Of a DNA stretch of 58,801 bases, positions 1-9,886 are shown piece after piece (position 1 is the first letter of the stretch; each line of letters begins with the position of its first letter). A program made the position numbers and the translations under genes. The stretch comes from an uncultured Gammaproteobacteria bacterium (GTDB lineage Bacteria; Pseudomonadota; Gammaproteobacteria; Steroidobacterales; JABDMI01): assembly GCA_905479875.1 (NCBI GenBank), contig CAJQOG010000153.1:1-58801 (forward strand), read 5' to 3'. Under the pieces are notes generated by a model. That model made no database searches. It saw only the letters and a list, made by a program, of their open reading frames with translations, and was not told the origin of the DNA.

Positions 1-1662
1 TTTCCAACTCGCAGTCACACAGTAGCAGCGCAGGGCGGAATTTCTGCAGCTCTGGGTAATATGGGTAAAGATGATTGGCGTTGGCATGCATACGATACTG
101 TTAAAGGTTCTGATTGGTTAGGCGATCAAGACGCGATTGAATATTTATGTAAAGAAGCTCCTGAAGCCGTGATTGAACTTGAACATTACGGTGTGCCGTT
201 CTCGCGTACTGAAGAAGGTAAAATTTATCAGCGTCCATTTGGTGGTATGACCACTGAATACGGTGAAGGTCCTGCTGCACAACGTACTTGTGCAGCAGCT
301 GATCGCACCGGTCATGCGATGTTGCATACTTTATACCAACAGTCTTTAAAACATAATGCAAATTTCTTTATCGAATACTTCGCTTTAGATTTGATTATGG
401 AAGACGATAAATGTGTTGGTGTTATGGCCTGGAATTTAGAAGATGGAACTATCCATCGTTTTCGCGCTCAGATGGTGGTTTTAGCGACTGGCGGATATGG
501 TCGTGCATTTTTCTCATGTACTTCGGCTCACACATGCACTGGTGATGGTAACGGCATGGTTTTACGCGCAGGCATTGCTTTGCAAGACATGGAATTTGTT
601 CAGTTTCATCCAACGGGTGTTTACGGGGCGGGTTGTTTGATTACTGAAGGCGTGCGTGGTGAAGGTGGTTATCTTACTAATAACAAAGGTGAGCGTTTCA
701 TGGAACGTTATGCACCTAGTGCCAAAGATTTAGCTTCACGTGATGTTGTGTCGCGTTCGATGACTATGGAAATAAGAGCGGGCAATGGTGTAGGTGAAAG
801 TAATGACCACATTTATCTAAACCTGATGCATCTTGGTAAAGAAGTGATTGAAGAACGTTTACCGGGTATTGCTGAAACGGCACGAATTTTTGCCGGCGTC
901 GACGTCACCAAAGAGCCAATCCCAGTATTGCCAACTGTGCATTACAATATGGGTGGTATACCAACTAACTATAATGCCGAAGTAGTTACGCTTAAAGATG
1001 GTAATCCAGATCATGTAGTTCCGGGTTTAATGGCGGTAGGTGAAGCGGGTTGTGTTTCTGTACATGGTGCAAATCGTTTAGGTTCAAACTCATTGTTAGA
1101 TCTCGTTGTCTTTGGTAGAGCTTCGGCAATACATGCAGGAAAAATTCTAACCCCTGGTGCGCGTCAACCTGAACTGAAACCAGATGCTGGTAAAGAAGCG
1201 CTTGAACGATTAGATCGTTTACGTAACGCAAAGGGTGATAAACCGACAGCGGAATTACGTGACCGTATGCAGCGTATTATGCAGGGTCATGCGGCAGTAT
1301 TCCGTACTAGCGATGTAATGAAAGAAGGTGTTTCTGAGTTGGCAAAAGTAGTAGCCGACTTTAAAGACGTACACGTTTCTGACACCTCTTTAGTTTGGAA
1401 CACAGATTTACTCGAAACTTTAGAGCTAGATAATTTGCTGGGTAATGCAACTTGCACCATGGTACTTGCGGAAAACCGTAAAGAAAGTCGTGGCGCGCAT
1501 TCACACGAAGATTTTAAAGATCGTAATGACGATGATTGGATGAAGCATTCACTCATTTGGTTTAATGCAGATGGAAGTACTAAGATTGATTATCGTCCGG
1601 TGCATATGGATCCCTTAACTGAGGATATCAAGCATATTCCACCTAAGCCTCGTGTTTATTAA
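1..1662 (+). CDS. sdhA: Succinate dehydrogenase flavoprotein subunit, 5'-truncated by the window edge. The frame is open from nt 1.
   Basis: Translation from nt 1 reads [20 protein letters not shown]..., continuing into [25 protein letters not shown] and RGEGG motifs typical of SdhA/FrdA flavoproteins. sdhB follows directly. Confidence 0.97.
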   Translation, partial: FPTRSHTVAAQGGISAALGNMGKDDWRWHAYDTVKGSDWLGDQDAIEYLCKEAPEAVIELEHYGVPFSRTEEGKIYQRPFGGMTTEYGEGPAAQRTCAAADRTGHAMLHTLYQQSLKHNANFFIEYFALDLIMEDDKCVGVMAWNLEDGTIHRFRAQMVVLATGGYGRAFFSCTSAHTCTGDGNGMVLRAGIALQDMEFVQFHPTGVYGAGCLITEGVRGEGGYLTNNKGERFMERYAPSAKDLASRDVVSRSMTMEIRAGNGVGESNDHIYLNLMHLGKEVIEERLPGIAETARIFAGVDVTKEPIPVLPTVHYNMGGIPTNYNAEVVTLKDGNPDHVVPGLMAVGEAGCVSVHGANRLGSNSLLDLVVFGRASAIHAGKILTPGARQPELKPDAGKEALERLDRLRNAKGDKPTAELRDRMQRIMQGHAAVFRTSDVMKEGVSELAKVVADFKDVHVSDTSLVWNTDLLETLELDNLLGNATCTMVLAENRKESRGAHSHEDFKDRNDDDWMKHSLIWFNADGSTKIDYRPVHMDPLTEDIKHIPPKPRVY

Positions 1663-1717
1663 TAATTAAAATCAGTAATTAAAAAACTATTTAAACTTTT
1701 AAAAGTAGAGAAGTAAC

Positions 1718-2503
1718 ATGGCAGAATTTCGTTTACCTAAAAATTCACGCGTAAATAAAAACGGTAAAATTTTTAAAGCATCTGGCGATGCGACTAAAGT
1801 TAAAAGTTTTAAAATTTATCGTTATGATCCTGATAGTGGTGAAAACCCACGTGTGGATAAATACGAAGTCGATATGGCTAAATGTGGCCCTATGGTTTTA
1901 GATGCCTTAATTAAAATCAAAAATGAAGTTGACCCAACTTTGACTTTCCGCCGGTCTTGCCGTGAAGGTATTTGTGGCTCATGTGCTATGAATATCGATG
2001 GCACTAATACATTGGCATGTACTATCGCTTGCGATGATGTTAAAGGCGATGTAAGTATCTATCCATTGCCCCATATGCCTGTAGTTAAAGATTTGGTACC
2101 AGATTTAACTAATTTTTATGCTCAGTATGCGTCTATCAAACCGTGGTTACGTACTTCAACCAAGGCTCCAATTGGACAAGAACGTTTGCAAAGTAAAGAA
2201 GATCAAGAAAAAATCAATGATCCTTCAGCTTGTATTCTTTGTGCTTGTTGTTCAACTTCATGCCCAAGTTACTGGTGGAATAGTGATAGATATTTAGGCC
2301 CTGCAATATTGATGCAAGCCTATCGTTGGATTGTAGATAGTCGCGATGAAGCAACTGGAGAGCGTTTAGATGAGCTTGAAGATCCATTTAAGTTATATCG
2401 TTGTCATACCATCATGAACTGTACGCGTACATGTCCTAAGGGCTTGAATCCTGCGTTGGCAATTGCTGAAACTAAAAAATTACTGGCTGAACGTAGACAT
2501 TAA
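1718..2503 (+). CDS. sdhB: Succinate dehydrogenase iron-sulfur subunit
   Basis: Three Cys clusters are present: [23 protein letters not shown] and [17 protein letters not shown]. It is 261 aa and lies directly downstream of sdhA. Confidence 0.97.
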   Translation: MAEFRLPKNSRVNKNGKIFKASGDATKVKSFKIYRYDPDSGENPRVDKYEVDMAKCGPMVLDALIKIKNEVDPTLTFRRSCREGICGSCAMNIDGTNTLACTIACDDVKGDVSIYPLPHMPVVKDLVPDLTNFYAQYASIKPWLRTSTKAPIGQERLQSKEDQEKINDPSACILCACCSTSCPSYWWNSDRYLGPAILMQAYRWIVDSRDEATGERLDELEDPFKLYRCHTIMNCTRTCPKGLNPALAIAETKKLLAERRH

Positions 2504-2527
2504 TTTCGTTTTAGTAAAAAACAGTCA

Positions 2528-2558
2528 AAGGCAGGGCATGGCTCTGCCTTTTGTTTTT
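2528..2558 (+). terminator. Rho-independent terminator after sdhB
   Basis: Stem aaggcag/ctgcctt (2528-2534 and 2544-2550) is followed by the run ttttgttttt. Confidence 0.6.
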
Positions 2559-2589
2559 AAGATTTTTATTTTTTAATAGGTTGTAGGTT

Positions 2590-2850
2590 TTGTCTGACAC
2601 ATATTCACTCTCTAAGTTACGTTGGCATTGTCGTCGAGGTATGCGAGAATTAGACGTACTAATGCTTAGGTATTTAGATGATTCGTTTGAATTAGCTACA
2701 GCAACAGAACAACAAGGATTTGTTGATTTGCTGGCATTAGAGGATCCAATTCTATTCGCATATGTCGTAGGCAGGGAAGAGCCACAAGATGAAAATTTAC
2801 AAAAACTACTTAAAAAAATTCGTACCGGGTTACGCGTCCCGAAAATGTAA
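2590..2850 (+). CDS. sdhE: FAD assembly factor SdhE (YgfY/CptB family). A TTG start is assumed.
   Basis: LRWHCRRGMRELDVLM matches the conserved W-x-C-RRGM-x-ELD motif of SdhE/DUF339. The protein is 86 aa. Confidence 0.85.
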   Translation: MSDTYSLSKLRWHCRRGMRELDVLMLRYLDDSFELATATEQQGFVDLLALEDPILFAYVVGREEPQDENLQKLLKKIRTGLRVPKM

Positions 2851-2920
2851 CTCAGGCTACCCAGCTAACTCTGCTCGAGTTGATTATGAGCAAGCCTCAG
2901 CTAATAAGCTTAATGCTCGT

Positions 2921-3340
2921 TTGAATATATCAACTCCGCTTCCAACGTCATTACTGCATCATTTAATCAACTTGCTAATAGCCTCTTCTGCGATAGTATT
3001 GTTGTATCAGTTAAATATTCCCTTTGCTTATGCTGTGCTGATTTCTTTTTTTATTATATTTCTAGCTATTTTTGAAATCTCAAAAAATAGAAAACAGCGT
3101 AAGCGACTAGTAAGCTTGCAATGCATTGATCACACATGGGTCCTAAACTATATGCATGACTCTTATGACAAGGTTGAACTTCAATGCATTTCACAAGGTT
3201 TGGGCATTTTGTATTTGCTTAGCTTTGTCACAAAAGGAGAAAATAAGCCAGTAAAAATCTGTATCTGGAAGTACCAAACGGGGCCAGAATTCTTAGCTTA
3301 TTGTTCTCAGCTACTTTTAATTGGCAAAATGACGGATTAA
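2921..3340 (+). CDS. YgfX/CptA-like small inner-membrane protein. The start is uncertain.
   Basis: The ORF is open from 2789, but that start would overlap sdhE by 62 nt. An in-frame TTG at 2921 gives about 139 aa with two adjacent hydrophobic helices (LLHHLINLLIASSAIVLLY and AYAVLISFFIIFLAIF). This matches the size, topology and position of E. coli YgfX downstream of ygfY. Confidence 0.55.
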   Translation: MNISTPLPTSLLHHLINLLIASSAIVLLYQLNIPFAYAVLISFFIIFLAIFEISKNRKQRKRLVSLQCIDHTWVLNYMHDSYDKVELQCISQGLGILYLLSFVTKGENKPVKICIWKYQTGPEFLAYCSQLLLIGKMTD

Positions 3341-3373
3341 TAGAAAAAATTGTATAAATTACAATCATTTACG

Positions 3374-3401
3374 GGAACTTATGAGTTATTTAGCTCTCAG
3401 A
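3374..3401 (+). promoter_or_regulatory. Sigma-E (AlgU/RpoE)-type promoter upstream of rpoE
   Basis: GGAACTT (3374-3380), a 16-nt spacer, then TCAGA (3397-3401). This fits the remembered consensus GAACTT-N16/17-TCnnA of autoregulated rpoE/algU promoters. Confidence 0.6.
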
Positions 3402-3501
3402 ATTTATGTAAGTGCCCGAAATATGCCAGAAAAAATTTCATACTGCTAAAATAAGAGTAACTGTTTTGGGCCATTTGCTTTGCCAAATGGGAGTTCCATT
3501 A

Positions 3502-4167
3502 ATGAGTATTACTGCTTTGACTAAACCTGTGAAACCACACACAGATTCAACGTCTGTTGAACAAGTGCCGCAAAAGAGTGCAAAAGTCACTGACCTTGAG
3601 TTAGTGCGTCGTGTTCAGGCGGGCGAAAAAGCCGCCTTTGATATTTTGGTACTCAAATATCAGCATAAAATTATTAAGCTGGTCATGCGTTTCATGTCTG
3701 ATCATTCTGAGTCTCAAGATGTAGCACAAGATGCTTTTGTAAAAGCTTATAAAGCTTTACCTAACTTCAGAGGCGATAGTGCATTTTATACTTGGCTTTA
3801 TCGCATCGCGGTTAACACGGCTAAGAATTATTTGGTCTCCCGTGGCCGTCGACCAAGAAACTACAGTGGTGTTAAATTAAGGTCGGGTGAAGACGATGAC
3901 TTCGACCCATCAATGTTACTTACCTCCACTGATACTCCAGACCGTTTAGCAATGACTGCTCAGTTAAAAGAGGGTATTCATGAGGCAATTTCTGCACTTC
4001 CAGAAGATTTGCGTGTAGCAGTAAGTTTACGTGAATATGAAGGTATGAGTTACGAAGACATTGCACACATCATGGATTGTCCGATTGGCACTGTGCGTTC
4101 ACGTATTTTTAGAGCGCGTGAGTCTATTGAGAAACACATTCACGACTTACTGGAGTATTCTCAATAA
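3502..4167 (+). CDS. rpoE: ECF RNA polymerase sigma factor RpoE/AlgU
   Basis: Contains sigma-70 region 2 (FYTWLYRIAVNTAKN) and region 4 (LREYEGMSYEDIAHIMDCPIGTVRSRIFRARE). I prefer the ATG at 3502, preceded by GGGAG, over the upstream GTG at 3412, which sits almost on the predicted transcription start. An anti-sigma gene lies downstream. Confidence 0.92.
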   Translation: MSITALTKPVKPHTDSTSVEQVPQKSAKVTDLELVRRVQAGEKAAFDILVLKYQHKIIKLVMRFMSDHSESQDVAQDAFVKAYKALPNFRGDSAFYTWLYRIAVNTAKNYLVSRGRRPRNYSGVKLRSGEDDDFDPSMLLTSTDTPDRLAMTAQLKEGIHEAISALPEDLRVAVSLREYEGMSYEDIAHIMDCPIGTVRSRIFRARESIEKHIHDLLEYSQ

Positions 4168-4236
4168 GCCGTAATTATTAATAATAGTAAAAATTAATCC
4201 CATAAGAGGGAACGCTTTTCAAAACAGGTGTCTAAG

Positions 4237-4265
4237 TTACACTTAAGCATTAGATTTAAGTGTAA
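4237..4265 (+). promoter_or_regulatory. Perfect 10-bp hairpin in the rpoE-rseA spacer
   Basis: ttacacttaa (4237-4246) pairs with ttaagtgtaa (4256-4265) around a 9-nt loop. No adjacent U-run follows. Confidence 0.5.
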
Positions 4266-4310
4266 ATAAAGCCTTTTTCACCGATTGACAGAGTCAACGT
4301 TGAGGTAAAT

Positions 4311-5111
4311 ATGTCAGAGCAAATTAGTGAACAGATTTCAGCCCTTTTAGACGGCGAATTGCCGGAGGCTGAGTTAAGTTTGTTGTTACGCCAAATAGAA
4401 AGACAGCCATCTGTCTTAGAACAAGCCTATCGAGTCCAACAGGCGCATATATGCTCCCTTGGAGAGGCGCCATTAGGCCTAACTGAAACCTTAAGTTTTT
4501 CTACACGTTTACATGCCGCAATACGTGAGCAAGACGTTGTTCAAGATAGTAAAAGCGTTGCTCTTGCTTCATTTAATCAGCAGCAAAATAAAACGGATCA
4601 CAGTCAACTAGCTTTAGCCAATACACAAATTAGAACAGGCCAAACTGCTAGTAACGATAGTCGCTGGCGTCCCTTATTAGGTGCGGGAATTGCCGCAGCA
4701 GTTGCATTAGTTGCCGTTAATGCATGGCAATACCAAGATCAAAGTCCTGGAGATTTAGATGTTGGAGTTCTCGAAGCTGATAATAAAGAATTATCTAATT
4801 TCCAACCACCTACACAAAATCAAACCGTTGCCAGTAGCTTGAGTGCTAGTAATCCTAAAACTGACAACAGTTCCTACACGGTTCCAAATTTTGAGAACTT
4901 AAATACTGACTTACCAGTCCTTCCGGCCAATGATTTTCGTCAGGTTGGGTATTCTGATTATTTGCTACAAAATAATGTTGCTCCACAAAGTACTAGTAAG
5001 CAACTCTCACGTTTTGCTCAAGAACAGCGAGAAATTATTTACCAAGAACAAATTTATATTGACCCACGTTCTGGCCAAATTGTTCTTTCATATAGATCTA
5101 TTGTCGAGTAA
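4311..5111 (+). CDS. rseA: Anti-sigma-E factor, RseA/MucA-like
   Basis: The N-terminus ISALLDGELPEAELSLLL resembles the RseA N-terminal domain (LSALMDGE...). There is a single central TM segment (LLGAGIAAAVALVAVNAW), and the gene sits directly after rpoE. Confidence 0.8.
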   Translation: MSEQISEQISALLDGELPEAELSLLLRQIERQPSVLEQAYRVQQAHICSLGEAPLGLTETLSFSTRLHAAIREQDVVQDSKSVALASFNQQQNKTDHSQLALANTQIRTGQTASNDSRWRPLLGAGIAAAVALVAVNAWQYQDQSPGDLDVGVLEADNKELSNFQPPTQNQTVASSLSASNPKTDNSSYTVPNFENLNTDLPVLPANDFRQVGYSDYLLQNNVAPQSTSKQLSRFAQEQREIIYQEQIYIDPRSGQIVLSYRSIVE

Positions 5112-5177
5112 TAGTCCAAGTAATTTTACAAGTAAGCTGCACACGCGTTAAACTAAGAATTTGGTAGTGAGATAAGC

Positions 5178-5672
5178 ATGTTAGTTGAGCGAGGAGTTGT
5201 GAGTCTAGTTGATGCGAATAGTATTACTGTAAATTGCCGTTCAAAAATAGACTGTCTACGATGTGCTGAAGGAAAAGGATGTGGTGGTGGTATTCTGGCT
5301 CGTTGGCTTGGCGACCGACAATTTTCTGTTAAATCTTTCTATGACTCTTCGTCACAATTTCCAAAGATAGGTGACTTTGTCGCTATTGCAATTCCTGCAA
5401 ATCGTATTGTGAAATTGGCCGCAATTATGTACGGCATACCTTTACTCTTAATGATTGTACTTTTAGTAATTCAAGTGACTATTTTCTCAGACTTACCAGA
5501 ACCAGGCGTCATAGCGTTGGCAATTTTAGCTTTATTTATTGGCTTTAAGGTTTCTTCTTCATTAGTAGAAAAGGCTAACGCAAATGGATTGATGCTTCCT
5601 ACTTTGATTGATCAAGGACTTGAGATACAAAACCCTATTTCTAAATGTAAAAAAAGGCTTGAATCTGCATGA
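5178..5672 (+). CDS. rseC: Sigma-E factor regulatory protein RseC/MucC family
   Basis: An N-terminal Cys cluster (CRSKIDCLRCAEGKGCGGG) is followed by two TM helices, the typical RseC layout. The protein is 164 aa. Confidence 0.8.
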   Translation: MLVERGVVSLVDANSITVNCRSKIDCLRCAEGKGCGGGILARWLGDRQFSVKSFYDSSSQFPKIGDFVAIAIPANRIVKLAAIMYGIPLLLMIVLLVIQVTIFSDLPEPGVIALAILALFIGFKVSSSLVEKANANGLMLPTLIDQGLEIQNPISKCKKRLESA

Positions 5673-5908
5673 CATTACTTACTCTGTTTTATCGTGAAGG
5701 CTGTCATTTATGTGATGTAATGCTCAGTGAATTGGCCCCGTATTTACAAGTTCCTAATGTGAAATTACAGCGCATTGATATCGATGAACATCCAGAATGG
5801 CTTGAGGCTTATAACGAGTTTGTTCCTGTTTTACATATAGATGATGAGCCCGTGTGTAAATATCGCCTAGATAAAGCTAAATTGGATGTTTTTTTAGTCA
5901 GCGAATAA
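5669..5908 (+). CDS. Glutaredoxin-like small thioredoxin-fold protein (DUF836-like)
   Basis: 79 aa with a CHLC (CxxC) motif after the first beta-strand (LTLFYREGCHLCD). Its start overlaps the rseC stop by 4 nt. Confidence 0.7.
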   Translation: MTLLTLFYREGCHLCDVMLSELAPYLQVPNVKLQRIDIDEHPEWLEAYNEFVPVLHIDDEPVCKYRLDKAKLDVFLVSE

Positions 5909-6011
5909 GACAGATATTAATATTTGTATAGCAAATTCATTTAATTGCTATTCCTGCAAACAGGCTCGTTCAGACTCGATATAATGCAGCTTTGCAAATA
6001 CTAGTGCCCGT

Positions 6012-7799
6012 ATGTCTCATATTCGAAATTTCTCAATTATTGCTCATATCGATCATGGAAAATCCACGATTGCTGACCGTTTTATTCAAGTATGCGGTGG
6101 TTTAGAAGATAGAGAAATGGAAGCTCAAGTTCTAGATTCTATGGATATTGAGCGTGAGCGAGGCATTACTATCAAGGCACAAAGCGTGTCTCTAGATTAC
6201 ACAGCTACTGATGGACAAACCTACCAGTTAAATTTTATTGATACTCCAGGCCATGTGGATTTTTCTTATGAAGTATCCCGTTCATTAGCCGCATGTGAGG
6301 GCGCATTGTTGGTAGTTGATGCGGCCCAAGGTGTTGAAGCACAGAGTGTAGCCAACTGTTATACAGCAATAGAACAGGGCTTAGAAGTCATTCCAGTACT
6401 AAATAAAATCGATTTACCATCAGCTGATCCTGAGCGAGTAAAAAATGAAATTGAAGAAATCATTGGAATTGACACCGAAGATGCATTACTTGTTAGTGCT
6501 AAGAGTGGCCTGGGCATCCGAGAGTTACTCGATCAAATTGTTTTAAAAGTTCCTGCGCCAAGTGGAGATTCTGACGCACCTTTACAAGCCCTGATTATTG
6601 ATTCATGGTTTGATAATTATGTAGGTGTAGTTTCCTTAGTTCGGGTTATGAACGGTACATTGCGTAAACGCGATAAGTTTAAAGTGATGTCAACTGGTCA
6701 GGTACATCCGGCTGACAGAGTTGGTATTTTTACACCTAAAATGAATGACAGAGATCATCTAAAAGCCGGTGAAGTCGGGTTTGTTATTGCCGGCATTAAA
6801 GATATTCAAGGTGCTCCAGTAGGTGACACCCTAACGCATGAGAAGAATTCAGCAGTGGAACCCTTAGAAGGTTTTCAAGCTGTTCAACCACGTGTGTTTG
6901 CTGGTTTATTTCCAGTCAGCTCTGATGATTATGAAAACTTTCGAGATGCCTTAGCAAAACTTACCTTAAATGATGCGGCCTTACAGTATGAGCCAGAAAA
7001 TTCTACGGCACTTGGTTTTGGTTTTCGAATAGGCTTTTTAGGCATGTTGCATATGGAAATTGTGCAGGAGCGTTTAGAAAGAGAGTATCAGCTTGATTTA
7101 ATTACTACTGCGCCAACGGTAGTGTATGAGCTTGAACTTACTAATGGCGATGTTATTGAAATTGATAATCCAGCTAGATTACCTGCTGTAAACCAAATTG
7201 TTGAAATTCGTGAACCTATTATTGCCGCCTCAATTTTGGTGCCACAAGAGTATATTGGAGCGGTTATTAAACTCTGTATAGATAAACGTGGTGTGCAGAA
7301 AAATATGCTGTACTTGGGTAATCAAGTTTCTTTACAATACGATATTCCATTGAGCGAAGTAGTGTTAGATTTTTACGATAGACTTAAATCAGTGAGTCGT
7401 GGTTTTGCTTCTTTTGATTATGAATTAAAGTGCTTTGAAGCACAAAAAATGGTTAAATTAGACTTACTAATCAATGGTGAAACAGTAGATGCCTTATCAC
7501 TTATAGTACATAAAGACCGAGCATATGCGCGTGGGCGAGATTTAACCGATAAAATGAAGGAATTAATTCCACGCCAAATGTTTGAAATTGCCATTCAAGC
7601 CGCTATCGGCAATCAAATTATTGCTAGAACCAGTATTAAAGCACTGCGTAAGAATGTGACTGCTAAATGCTATGGTGGGGATATTTCTCGTAAGCGCAAA
7701 CTTCTTGAGAAACAGAAAGCTGGTAAAAAACGCATGAAACAGGTTGGTAATGTGGAAATTCCACAAGAGGCTTTTCTAGCTGTTCTGAAGGTCGATTAA
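6012..7799 (+). CDS. lepA: Translation elongation factor 4 (LepA)
   Basis: Begins [20 protein letters not shown]. It has the G-domain motifs DTPGH and NKID and the C-terminal LepA signature ([22 protein letters not shown]). Confidence 0.98.
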   Translation: MSHIRNFSIIAHIDHGKSTIADRFIQVCGGLEDREMEAQVLDSMDIERERGITIKAQSVSLDYTATDGQTYQLNFIDTPGHVDFSYEVSRSLAACEGALLVVDAAQGVEAQSVANCYTAIEQGLEVIPVLNKIDLPSADPERVKNEIEEIIGIDTEDALLVSAKSGLGIRELLDQIVLKVPAPSGDSDAPLQALIIDSWFDNYVGVVSLVRVMNGTLRKRDKFKVMSTGQVHPADRVGIFTPKMNDRDHLKAGEVGFVIAGIKDIQGAPVGDTLTHEKNSAVEPLEGFQAVQPRVFAGLFPVSSDDYENFRDALAKLTLNDAALQYEPENSTALGFGFRIGFLGMLHMEIVQERLEREYQLDLITTAPTVVYELELTNGDVIEIDNPARLPAVNQIVEIREPIIAASILVPQEYIGAVIKLCIDKRGVQKNMLYLGNQVSLQYDIPLSEVVLDFYDRLKSVSRGFASFDYELKCFEAQKMVKLDLLINGETVDALSLIVHKDRAYARGRDLTDKMKELIPRQMFEIAIQAAIGNQIIARTSIKALRKNVTAKCYGGDISRKRKLLEKQKAGKKRMKQVGNVEIPQEAFLAVLKVD

Positions 7800-7874
7800 T
7801 AGGCTTTTTATCTAATTCATAGTAAAATTTAGATATTACAAAAAATATACAAAAAATAATTAAGGGGAACAAAG

Positions 7875-8261
7875 ATGCAAACGAGATTTAATTTTACTCA
7901 GAAACAAGAAGGGATGACATTTATTGGTATCGTTTTGATGTTCTTATTTATAGGGTTCTTATTGTTAGCTGTATTAAGAGTGTGGCCTATGTACTATGAA
8001 AATTTTGATGTGCAAAAATCATTAGAAGGTTTGGCTACAGATTATCAAAATGATAAAACCTTAACTGTTGCTAAAATGAAAAATTCTTTACAATCACGAT
8101 TGGATGTACAAAATGTATCTGGTCTAAAAGCAGAGGATGTTGTGTTTAAAAAAACTAGAAATGGTTATTCTGTAGATGCTTCTTACCAATCAGTAGAAAA
8201 TTTCTTAGGAAATTTGAATTTTATGGTCGATTTTGACCATGTGATAGTACTTGAAAGATAA
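7875..8261 (+). CDS. DUF4845-like small membrane-anchored protein
   Basis: 128 aa with one N-terminal TM helix (FIGIVLMFLFIGFLLLAVL). It occupies the position immediately upstream of rnc that DUF4845 proteins occupy in Pseudomonas-type lepA-lepB-x-rnc clusters. Confidence 0.6.
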   Translation: MQTRFNFTQKQEGMTFIGIVLMFLFIGFLLLAVLRVWPMYYENFDVQKSLEGLATDYQNDKTLTVAKMKNSLQSRLDVQNVSGLKAEDVVFKKTRNGYSVDASYQSVENFLGNLNFMVDFDHVIVLER

Positions 8262-8955
8262 ACAAATACAAGATTTCGCTCAATCGTTTGGGCTGGTTGA
8301 AATTGATCAAGGCTTGCTTAGGCAAGCCTTTACTCATTCCAGTCTTAGCAAGCAAAATAATGAACGTTTAGAATTTTTTGGCGATGCTGTACTAGATTGC
8401 ATATTATCGGAAGAGTTATATCTTAAATTTCCTAATGCTAAAGAAAATTATTTAACCAGGTTACGATCTCATTTAGTTAACAAAAACACCTTAGCTCAAT
8501 TGGCGCAAGAGTTAAGTTTTTCTGCAATGGTGCGACTTGGCGAAGGAGAACGCCGGACTGGTGGGCGTCAGAGAGATTCAGTTTTAGCTGACGCATTCGA
8601 AGCTGTTATTGGCGCGATTTTTTTATCACTAAATTATCAAAAAACTAAAGACTATATACTGAAAATATATGCGGATTTATTAAACGATTTACCAAGTGAG
8701 GCCGAACTAAAAGATCCAAAAACTCGCTTGCAAGAATATTTACAACAACGTGCATTACCGATTCCACAATATCAAATTGTTGAAGAGTCAGGTAAGCCTC
8801 ATGATAAAACTTTTGTGGTTGAAGTAAGTGTAGACGTTAAAACTGCTGAAAAAATAATTGTTAGAAAAACTTTACGTGCGAGTGGTAATAGTAGACGTTC
8901 TGCCGAACAGCAATCCGCTCAAGTAATTTTAGAACAAATCCTATCCGAGTACTAA
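8251..8955 (+). CDS. rnc: Ribonuclease III (TTG start assumed)
   Basis: Carries the RNase III signature ERLEFFGDAVLD, plus DAFEAVIGAIF and a C-terminal dsRBD. era follows. Confidence 0.95.
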   Translation: MKDKQIQDFAQSFGLVEIDQGLLRQAFTHSSLSKQNNERLEFFGDAVLDCILSEELYLKFPNAKENYLTRLRSHLVNKNTLAQLAQELSFSAMVRLGEGERRTGGRQRDSVLADAFEAVIGAIFLSLNYQKTKDYILKIYADLLNDLPSEAELKDPKTRLQEYLQQRALPIPQYQIVEESGKPHDKTFVVEVSVDVKTAEKIIVRKTLRASGNSRRSAEQQSAQVILEQILSEY

Positions 8956-8962
8956 TATCAAA

Positions 8963-9886
8963 ATGTCAGAAGAAAATACCAATAATAATCCGGAATTTCG
9001 TTGTGGTTATGTAGCCTTAGCTGGACGTCCCAATGTTGGGAAGTCGTCTATCTTAAATGCATTGCTAAAAACGCGTTTAAGCATTATCTCCCCTAAGGCG
9101 CAAACTACACGTCATCGCATCTTAGGTGTAAATACACTGCCTGAGGCGCAAGTATTGTATTTGGACCTACCTGGCATTCACCAAGCAAAACAATATAAAC
9201 AGCTAAATCGTCTAATTAATAAAACCGCATTGCAATCAAGTACTGATGCGGATGTTTTGGTTTTAGTGGTGCAAGCTGAAAAGTGGACCAAAGATGATGA
9301 AGCAGTATTGAAGCATTTGAAAGCGTTGCAGCGACCGATTATTGCTGTGATTAATAAAATTGATTTGTATAAAAAACGTGAAGAGGTTTTACCGTTTATA
9401 TTGAAACTACAAGGGCTGCATGACTTTTCGGAAATTATTCCTGTTTCAGCAATGAAAAAACTTAACATTGAGCATTTAGAGTCAACCCTAATAAACTATC
9501 TTCCACACCAAGAAGCTCTTTTTTCTGAAGATACGTTAACTGATAGACCTGAAAAATTTTATGTAACTGAGATTTTACGGGAAACTTTATTTTTTCAATT
9601 ACAAGAAGAATTACCTTATGGAGTAGAGGTTAAAATCGAGGATTGGGAGCAAACACAAAAAAATCTTCATATAGAAGTTGATTTGTGGATTTCTAAAGAA
9701 TCCTATAAGCCAATTTTATTGGGCAAGGGTGGTGAAAAGTTAGCATCTATTCGCGTAAATGCTGAACAAAAAGTAAGTCAATTTTTAGGACAAGAAACTA
9801 AATTACACATTCGTATTAAACTGGTTAAAGATTGGTCTTCACATGCAAAATTACTACAAGAGTTAGGTTACGAAATTAAGTCATGA
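8963..9886 (+). CDS. era: GTPase Era
   Basis: G1 motif GRPNVGKSS, DLPG, NKID and a C-terminal KH domain (GKGGEKLASI). Confidence 0.96.
   Translation: MSEENTNNNPEFRCGYVALAGRPNVGKSSILNALLKTRLSIISPKAQTTRHRILGVNTLPEAQVLYLDLPGIHQAKQYKQLNRLINKTALQSSTDADVLVLVVQAEKWTKDDEAVLKHLKALQRPIIAVINKIDLYKKREEVLPFILKLQGLHDFSEIIPVSAMKKLNIEHLESTLINYLPHQEALFSEDTLTDRPEKFYVTEILRETLFFQLQEELPYGVEVKIEDWEQTQKNLHIEVDLWISKESYKPILLGKGGEKLASIRVNAEQKVSQFLGQETKLHIRIKLVKDWSSHAKLLQELGYEIKS

Noticed and set aside
2789-2920. The long version of the YgfX-like ORF, starting at 2789 and overlapping sdhE by 62 nt.
   Set aside because: The overlapping part translates to a non-hydrophobic, basic extension that does not fit the YgfX size. 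An in-frame TTG at 2921 gives a product of the expected length. The start remains uncertain.
3412-3501. An upstream GTG start for rpoE that adds 30 residues (MPEICQKKFHTAKIRV...).
   Set aside because: It sits only about 10 nt downstream of the predicted sigma-E -10 element and has no Shine-Dalgarno sequence. The ATG at 3502 has a GGGAG at appropriate spacing.
4314-4340. The tandem peptide repeat SEQISEQIS at the start of the RseA-like protein.
   Set aside because: The two copies use different codons (tcagagcaaatt / agtgaacagatt), so this is not a DNA tandem duplication or slippage tract. It is probably coincidental.
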